From positions 357,182,001-357,246,000 of the forward strand of contig OZ024740.1 of NCBI GenBank assembly GCA_964016885.1: 64,000 bases of DNA. Direction: 5' to 3'. This DNA is from Eledone cirrhosa. Its lineage: Eukaryota. The translations under genes were made by a program, and so were the position numbers. Shown piece after piece: positions 55,819 through 64,000 of the stretch (its first letter is position 1; the number at the start of each line of letters is the position of its first letter). The notes beneath the pieces are model-generated. The model searched no databases. It was given only the letters and a program-made list of their open reading frames with translations, and had not been told where the DNA came from.

Positions 55819-56597
55819 GATGCCTCACACTATCCACTTGACATAACGTACCAGTAATACACTGGTATAATTGCTGGTCTTGTGCCAAAAGTAGAAACAT
55901 TTATTACCTTTTTTCCCCTCTATACACCTGTATACTGAACCCTTAAGCTTTCAGAAACCATGTGGTGTAAGTAACAGTACCTAAAAAAATAAAGAAAAAC
56001 AGGAATTACAAAAAAGGAAAAACAAGTAACTTAACGGATCCCTATTTCTTGCGGGGAGCCGCTATTCCCTGCTGGGACACTATGTTTACCCGAGTCAGCC
56101 TTATTGATATTACGGCCTTACCTATACATAATTCTTCTCTCTATTTCACTACCCATTCTTGCTACTCTCACCTTTCCTCTCTAACCCATACCACTGCATA
56201 AGCGTATTTTCTCCCTTCCACCCCCACCCACCCTCTCTCTCTCTATATATATATAATAATAATAATGGTTTCTTATATAGGCACAAGGCCAGCAATTTTG
56301 GGGGCGGGGAAAATCGATTAAATCGACCCCGTAAGGATGAAAGGCAAAGTTAACCTCGGCGGATTTGAACTCAGAATGGCAAGGGCCGTAACTCTATGCG
56401 TCAAACCATGGCGTCCAACCCTCTACCGATACTGCCAATCCATAATACAAGGATGATTTGTTAAGCCTTCATTACGTTTATTGATTGGCAACGCGCGGCT
56501 CTACATCCCGCTTCTGACGTGAACCTAAGCATCGAGTGCTCACCTGGGTGAACATACAGTAACTTCACGTTACACTCCCTGGATATATATATATATC

Positions 56598-56646
<49 letters not shown>

Positions 56647-56965
56647 TCTCTCTCTCTCTCCCCCTCTCTCTCTCTTTTTCTTTCTTTTTCTCTTTCTCTC
56701 GGAACAGCCTTTCCACATCCCTCTGCCCCTTTTGCCCACCCTTTACATCTCTACGTACACACGTTTTCAAATGTAACTTCGACTTGACCTAACCAATATG
56801 AGTAGAACCTGCAAAATCCTGCTGTTTCTATGTGTATATAACTTTCATAACTTTGATAGCCAGTATTGGCCCTGGCCATGTCTAACTTAATAGTACTGCC
56901 ACATATTTATATATGTCTGGAACTAGTTGAAACGGCAAGAGCAAAGTCGCCGGATCCAAACTCTT

Positions 56966-57032
<67 letters not shown>

Positions 57033-57331
57033 GATATTAAATAAATAGAAACTATATTTATAAAACCATATTTATTCTATTATATATATCAAGAGTACCA
57101 AAACTTTGGTAATATATATAATAGAATAAATATGGTTATATAAATATAGTTTCCATTTATTTAATATCAATGAATATTATATTCCAGAAAATCTGTTGAG
57201 TGCTTTGAATCAGTTATAAACATTTATATTTGTTGAATTACCAACAAATTAAATATCCCTTTTGCCTATATATATATATATATATATATACGATATTAAA
57301 TAAATGGAAACTATATTTATAAAACCATATT

Positions 57332-57397
57332 TATTTCATTATATATATTTCAGGGATATCATATTAACAATATGTTATGCCTTCCTCAGACAAAATA
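57332..57397 (-). ncRNA. Hammerhead ribozyme family C, inverted copy
   Basis: Reverse complement of 57510-57575 in the left arm of the 57289-57618 inverted repeat. Confidence 0.8.
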
Positions 57398-57509
57398 CAA
57401 TATAGACAGTTTTATAGATAGATAGATTTGACTGCCAAATCAACTTTTTCAAATACAAGTATGTTGAACGGTATGTCAAATCTATTTATCTATAAAACTG
57501 TCTATATTG

Positions 57510-57575
57510 TATTTTGTCTGAGGAAGGCATAACATATTGTTAATATGATATCCCTGAAATATATATAATGAAATA
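57510..57575 (+). ncRNA. Minimal hammerhead ribozyme (family C)
   Basis: TATTTTGT-CTGAGGA-AGGCATAACATATT GTT AATATGATATCCCT-GAAA-TATATA-TA^-ATGAAATA; 8-bp stem I including two G-U pairs; intact core. Confidence 0.8.
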
Positions 57576-57704
57576 AATATGGTTTTATAAATATAGTTTC
57601 CATTTATTTAATATCGTAAATATACTCCAAATACTTGTTGAGTGCTTTTATATCAGTTATAAATATTTACTAGTTGTAACCCAACAATTTAAATATAACT
57701 TTCC

Positions 57705-57745
<41 letters not shown>

Positions 57746-57786
57746 CGAAATATAAGTCAATTGCATGAACTCATAATCCTTTATTT

Positions 57787-57842
57787 ACTGCTATATATAT
57801 TTCGATGATAGCCATTGAATGGCTATGACCTCATCAGGCAGT
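57787..57842 (-). ncRNA. Hammerhead ribozyme family B, second copy
   Basis: Same motif as 47727-47782, in a near-identical ~150-bp insert (57741-57888) within (TA)n. Confidence 0.85.
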
Positions 57843-57937
57843 TAGTCAGTTCTTAGATATGCCAGCTCTGCGTTTATGGTGTTGGTGGTTTTAGAGCCCT
57901 GGGACATATGTATATATATATATATATATATAATATG

Positions 57938-58000
<63 letters not shown>

Positions 58001-58074
58001 GAAAAATTGAACAGGGACAGAACAGAGAGGCAGTACGATAAATGTTTATTAAATTCACGCTCAGGAGAGTGGGG

Positions 58075-58126
<52 letters not shown>

Positions 58127-58165
58127 GCATATATCTGCGATATACATATATATGTATGAATGTAT

Positions 58166-58202
<37 letters not shown>

Positions 58203-59948
58203 TTGTATTTGAATTTATGTCCCGTAACGTATCAGTTCGACCAAAAAAGTAATTAATAAAATAAGATCGATTAAATCATGGCAGTGCTCCAGCATGGTTG
58301 CAGTCTAATCCTTGAAACCAGTAAAAGAATAAAACTAAAAACCCTCCATAATTCCTTTCTCACTCTACACGACCCCATCTACCTCATAGGGCCCTTAACT
58401 CATCTTGAGTTTTAGGGGCGCATTTTAGGCATTTTGATCCTAGCAGATCCCATCTTTCTCCAGCTTGAAACAAACTTTTTCTCCTAGAAAAAGTGAAACA
58501 GAGAGAGAGGGGACGGCGGGAAGAAGAACCAGCCCTAGTGCTGGGCAGGTACTTTATTTATCGACCTCGAAAGGATTAAAGACAAGGGCGACCTCGTCAG
58601 AGATTAAACTTTAAGAATAGTGAGACTTTGTCATTTCATCACCTTATCTCCCTTGCCTTCCTCCGGGGAAACGCCTTCTCCATTCTGTCCGCCGGGGCTG
58701 TGCGGGAGGCCAGCACGTGGGACCCCATTTGCTCATTATACAAAGAGATGGGGAGAGCGAGAGAGATGGAAGCGATGACAGTTAGCTCTTCCACGTTCGG
58801 ACCATAAGCTCGTGGTTGTGTTTATTTTCTATATAGAAAATTATTTATTTCCCAAGATTTACTTCTGTAATCACTACAAAATGAACTTGTTAGCCCATAC
58901 CTACCTATAAACGTAACACTTTATTTAGCCTTCTCCCCCCCCCCCCCCTGCACACATTATTCTGTTATACTAACCACCATCCTCCATTTTCTTCACCGAA
59001 TTTTTCATCCCTTATTTCTTTCTTTATTTCTTTCTCTCTACCTTCCCTTTACCAACTCAAGGAACAAAATGCCAGTCTTTAGGACGTCAGATTACATGCC
59101 GTTGTCCAGTCTCAGTGCGCTCTCAGTTCAAATCCTGCCTTTCATCCTTTTCGTAGTCGATAAATAAAGTACCAGTTCAGTATTGGCGTAAATTAATGGT
59201 TTCTACATTTGGCACAAGGCCAGCAATTATCCCAATGTATTACTGGTACTTTATTTTATTGACCCCGTAAGGATGAAAGGCAAAGTTAACCTCGGCGGGA
59301 TTTGAACTCAGACTATAAAGGGCCGTAACTCTTTGCTGCAATGGTGGTATTGGTGTTGGTAGTGGTGGTTGTGGTGGCGGTGGTGGTGGTGCTGGTGGTG
59401 GTGGTGGTGTTGGTAGCGGGTAGGTTGGGAGGTCAAGGTGATGCGTGAGTAGTTTTGTAATTACCGTGTTGGCGACGAAAGCATAGTAGTGTAGATACAA
59501 GAGAGACAGAGAGAGTGAGAGAGAGAATGAAAGACAGAGGGATTGGGAGAGAGAGAATGGGAGAGAGAGAGAGGTGAAGCGTGTGTGAGTGATAATAAGA
59601 GAGGGTAGGAGGAACAAATGCGTAAACAAACTATTGAGATTGACTTGCTAGAGAGACACGTGTAGAACGCGAGAATGTTTAGATATCTTTTTCTTTTTTT
59701 TTTAAGGAGCAGACGTTAGGAGGTGTAGGGGAGTGTAGGTAAGAGGGCGTGGGAATTTGGGTAGGGGTGAAAGATTTAATATTAGGTGGCTGACGAGATG
59801 GCTGCCTAACATGAGTGGACGGATGGTTGGATAGTTGGATGGATGGATGGATGGATGGAGGTGGCAGATTGAGGGCAGAAATTAATATTTTTGAAATGTC
59901 AGTAGGCATAAAACGGAAGAGTGGTCATAAAGATTGATTGATTGGTAG

Positions 59949-59949
<1 letters not shown>

Positions 59950-59991
<42 letters not shown>

Positions 59992-60011
59992 CACACACAC
60001 ACACTCACACT

Positions 60012-60042
<31 letters not shown>

Positions 60043-60157
60043 ACACTCACTCACACACACTCACACTCACACACACACACACACTCACACACACTCACAC
60101 ACACTCACACTCACACACACACACACACTCACACTCACACACACACACTCACACACT

Positions 60158-60188
<31 letters not shown>

Positions 60189-60385
60189 ACACTCACTCAC
60201 ACACACTCACACTCACACACACACACACACACACACTCACACACTCACACACACACACACACACACACTCACACACACTCACTCACACACACTCACACAC
60301 ACTCACACTCACACACACACACACACTCACACACACTCACACACACTCACACTCACACACACACACACACACTCACACACACTCA

Positions 60386-60424
<39 letters not shown>

Positions 60425-60551
60425 ACACTCACTCACACACACTCACACACACTCACTCACACACTCACACTCACACACACACACACACTCACACACACTC
60501 ACACACACTCACACTCACACACACACACACACACACACTCACACACACTCA

Positions 60552-60594
<43 letters not shown>

Positions 60595-61430
60595 ACACAC
60601 ACACACTCACACACACTCACACTCACACTCACACACACTCACACACACTCACACTCACACTCACACACACTCACACACACTCACACTCACACTCACACAC
60701 ACTCACATTCACACACACTCACACTCTCTCTCACACACACACACACTCACACTCACACACTCACTCTCCCACACACACACACACTCACACACACACACAC
60801 ACTCACACACACACTCACACTCTCTCTCACACACACTCATACTCACACACACTCACACACTCACACTCACACTCACACACACACTCACACTCTCTCTCAC
60901 ACACACACACACACACTCACACTCACACACACACACTCACTCTCCCACACACACACACACTCACACACACACACACACTCACACTCACACACACACTCAC
61001 ACACACTCACACTCACACTCACACTCACACTCACACTCACACTCTCTCTCACACACACACACACACACACGCACACTCACACACACTCATTCTCCCCCCC
61101 CCACACACACACACACTCACACACTCACACTCACACACACACTCCCCCCACATACACACACTCACACACACTCACACTCACACACACACTCCCCCCACAC
61201 ACTCACACTCACACACACACTCCCCCCCAACACACACACTCACACTCACACTCACACACACACACACACACACACTCACACACTCACACTCATACTCACA
61301 CACACTCACTCACACACACCCACACACTCACACTCACACACACACTCACTCTCCCTCACACACACACACGCGCACACGCACGCACACGAACACACACACT
61401 CACACACTCACACACCCACACACACACATA
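59950..61430. repeat. ~1.5-kb compound (CA)n/(CACT)n microsatellite
   Basis: Direct reading; source of the spurious 501- and 524-aa His/Thr ORFs. Confidence 0.95.
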
Positions 61431-62112
61431 TATATATATATAGAGAGAGAGAGATCGGTCGCTGTCCGACAGTATTGTGGTTGTGCCCCTGGCAGTGGAG
61501 ACTTCTGGTATCCTGACCCTAGGGCTACCTCCCTACTTACCACCATTGGCGTTGAGCTAGCTAACCGCAGGTATGAGCCTCGCGAAATGGAATGGCTCTT
61601 CCAGCGCATCTCCCTTACCATCCTCCAGGGAAACGCCTTCTCCATTCTGTCCGCCGGGGCCGTGGGGCGACCAGCACGTGGGACCCCATTTGCTCATAAG
61701 AGAGAGAGATGGGGAGGGCGAGAGAGATGGAGGGGATGACAGTGGGAGTTCGGCTCTTCCGTGTTCGGACACATCATTCTATGTTGCTGCCTTCCTTATT
61801 AGGATTTACTTTTTAATTGATTTTGTTTTTGTTTGAGTGTTTTAGCTTTCATTAAATAATTGTTTCTACGTTAGGCACAAGGCCAGCAATTACTCAGTGT
61901 ATTACTGGTACTTTATTTTATCGACCCCGTAAGGATGAAAGGCAAAGTTAACCTTTCATTAAATAATAAATAAGATTTAGTTAATTTATGCTTTGCCGTT
62001 CATGTATATTACTATTACACATCCATCGAAGCATGCCAGCTTCATTTCCTTCCAATCTTCGCACACAATACCTAGGTCTCACTACCATTTTATATAGTAA
62101 TAATAAATAAAA

Positions 62113-62302
62113 TGGCGGTGGATTGGCAGTATCGGTAAAGGGTCGGACGCCATGCGTTGACGCATAGAGTTACGGCCCTTGCCATTCTGAGTTCAAATCC
62201 CGCCGAGGTTAACTTTGCCTTTCATCCTTACGGGGTCGATAAAATAAAGTACCAGTAATGTACTGGATAATTACTGGCCTTGTGCCAAAAGTGGAAACAA
62301 TT
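62113..62302 (+). mobile_element. tRNA-derived SINE (dominant family), full-length copy
   Basis: GGCGGTGGATTGGCAGTATCGG (A box), GAGTTCAAATCC (B box), central CTTTCATCCTTACGGGGTCGATAAAATAAAGTACCAG, tail GGCCTTGTGCCAAAAGT.GAAACAATT. Confidence 0.85.
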
Positions 62303-62731
62303 AAATAATAAATAAGATTCAGATATTGATAGATAGATTGATAGAGAGATAGGTAGGTAGGTAGATAGATAGATAGATACATACATAGATAAAAAATACA
62401 TACACCCCCCGCCCCTCCCACACACACATATATTATTTGAGCATATGTGTGCACACGCGCATGTGTATATGTATGTATACACGTACGTATGTAATATTAA
62501 TTAAACTGATCCGGTAGCCTAGCCTAATTAATGAAATGCTTAAATCTTTTATGATACAGAATAATAATTTTTTCTTGTTTGTCAAAACGGATATACATAT
62601 GCAAATTTGTTTTATATATCCCGTAATAGGGTGAATGCAGAAATTCTTTGCTTAAACTTTAATCTGTACTAATAATAAATATTTGCTTTTATATATACTT
62701 TTATATACTTTTATATATACTTTTATATATA

Positions 62732-62769
<38 letters not shown>

Positions 62770-62899
62770 TATATATAATCCCGCATAGCAAATATTTATA
62801 TATATATATATATATATACAATCCTTATCAAGCCCTCTTCAGATTGTGGTCTTCGTAATTATTATTATTACTATATAAAATGGTAATGAGACCTAGGTA

Positions 62900-63170
62900 T
62901 TGTGTGCGAAGATTGGAAGGAAATGAAGCTGGCATGCTTCGATGGATGTGTAATAGTAATATACATGAACGGCAAAGCATAAATTAACTAAAAGGGAAAC
63001 TGGGCATAAGCGGGATCAAATGCAGTGTGCAGGCAAGGAGATTGCGTTGGTGTGGACATGTGATGCGTATGAAGGATGACAGCTGTATAAAAAGGTGCAG
63101 GGCTCTCAAACTAGACGGAAGCTATGTAGTAGGAAGACATAGGACGACTTGGGACGACGTGATAATTGTA
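62900..63170 (+). mobile_element. RTE-like LINE 3' fragment
   Basis: MLRWMC...RRLRWCGHVMRMKDDSCIKRC...GRHRTTWDDVI, the canonical RTE C-terminal motif; its 5' part is mirrored at ~61976-62105. Confidence 0.75.
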
Positions 63171-64000
63171 CCTCTCAAAGGTGATGACACAAGATCGAGA
63201 TCTCCGGCATTATGCAGTAAAAGACCCGCCTTCCCATGCGCACGGTTTGAAGCATACATCTTGTATGCACCACTTTCCCCTACATTCTCCTTCCATATAC
63301 CTCCCAACGTCCTAAAGCTCCCCCTCGTCCTAACACCCCGCCCTTCACCAGATAAGTCCCCCATCCTAGATGTAACCCTCAAATCCTCAAGCATCTCCCC
63401 ACCCATGCCCTTATTCCACACTGTAAAGTGGTCATGTAGGTGTCACGACAAAACGTGCTCAGCCCACACTGTAAAGTGGTCGTTGTGGTGCCATGATAAA
63501 AAGCATCTAGTACATACTGAAAATGTGGTTGGCGTTAGGAAGGGCATCCAGCCGTAGAAACTAAGCCAAAATCAGTTCTGTATAAGCAAGACATTGTCAT
63601 CTGATCTGGCTTATGTTACAACAGGCCAATTCGTCTAACGTGGAAAAATGGACGTTAAACGGTGATGAAAAATATTTTTTCATAACGGAACGAAACGAAA
63701 AATGTTTTTCTTTATTTTCCTCTATGAATATACGATAACGTTGCCAGTATGTTCTGAGAATGTCAGACAGCGCTGTTGACATCATTTGATTCTGGCTAAC
63801 GTCAACAATTAGAAAAATGCAAACATGAAAAGTTCTGCTATGAGAACTCCATTGTTATCAACAATGAAGGTGACAGAAAAATAAGTAAAATATTCTTGTT
63901 ATATGAGTGGACGACGAAACGCAGCAAAACATGCCAAGAAGCCAACTCACAATGCAAAACCAGGGAGCATATTCCGGCACTTGGGTGAAAGAAATCCTTC

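Larger units (their letters stand above)
57289..57618. repeat. ~143-bp-arm inverted repeat, PLE terminal-repeat derived
   Basis: Arms 57289-57432 and 57475-57618 with a 42-nt spacer; carries the family C hammerheads. A related shorter inverted repeat lies at ~57024-57177. Confidence 0.85.

Noticed and set aside
56470-56580. CpG-rich patch with a minus-strand CAG|GTGAG donor as a possible non-coding first exon
   Set aside because: A single donor-like site without transcript evidence is insufficient.
59938-61516. 501- and 524-aa His/Thr-rich ORFs (also the poly-Val, poly-His, YVCM and YI ORFs elsewhere)
   Set aside because: Translations of stop-free microsatellites, open in several frames; no domain content.
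62113-62200. tRNA gene
   Set aside because: The A and B boxes belong to the SINE head; no cloverleaf, and it continues into the SINE body.

Overview
AT-rich, microsatellite-dense animal genomic DNA. The SINE repertoire and repeat load resemble a coleoid cephalopod (Octopus-like); this is inference, not a database match. One host gene is supported: a 4-exon, minus-strand GM2-activator-like (ML-domain) secreted lipid-binding protein of 199 aa (exons 52306-52201, 27464-27260, 21641-21467, 16882-16769), with GT-AG junctions in consistent phases and 8 Cys. Almost all ORFs in the supplied track are microsatellite artefacts. The rest is mobile-element debris: tRNA-derived SINEs, RTE, R4/Dong-like, Tx1-like, CRE-like and CR1-like non-LTR fragments, a deleted Helitron, several MITEs, and a Penelope-like element (GIY-YIG) with a 600-bp inverted terminal duplication. 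The main unannotated signal is a set of minimal type-I hammerhead ribozyme motifs read directly from the sequence. There are five sequence families and eight complete or near-complete copies, plus a half-copy hairpin. All have a palindromic stem/loop III and lie in or next to (TA)n tracts, and three are on the sense strand of intron 1 of the host gene. Different retroelement classes also appear to occupy different microsatellites: (TA)n, (CATA)n and (GATA)n.
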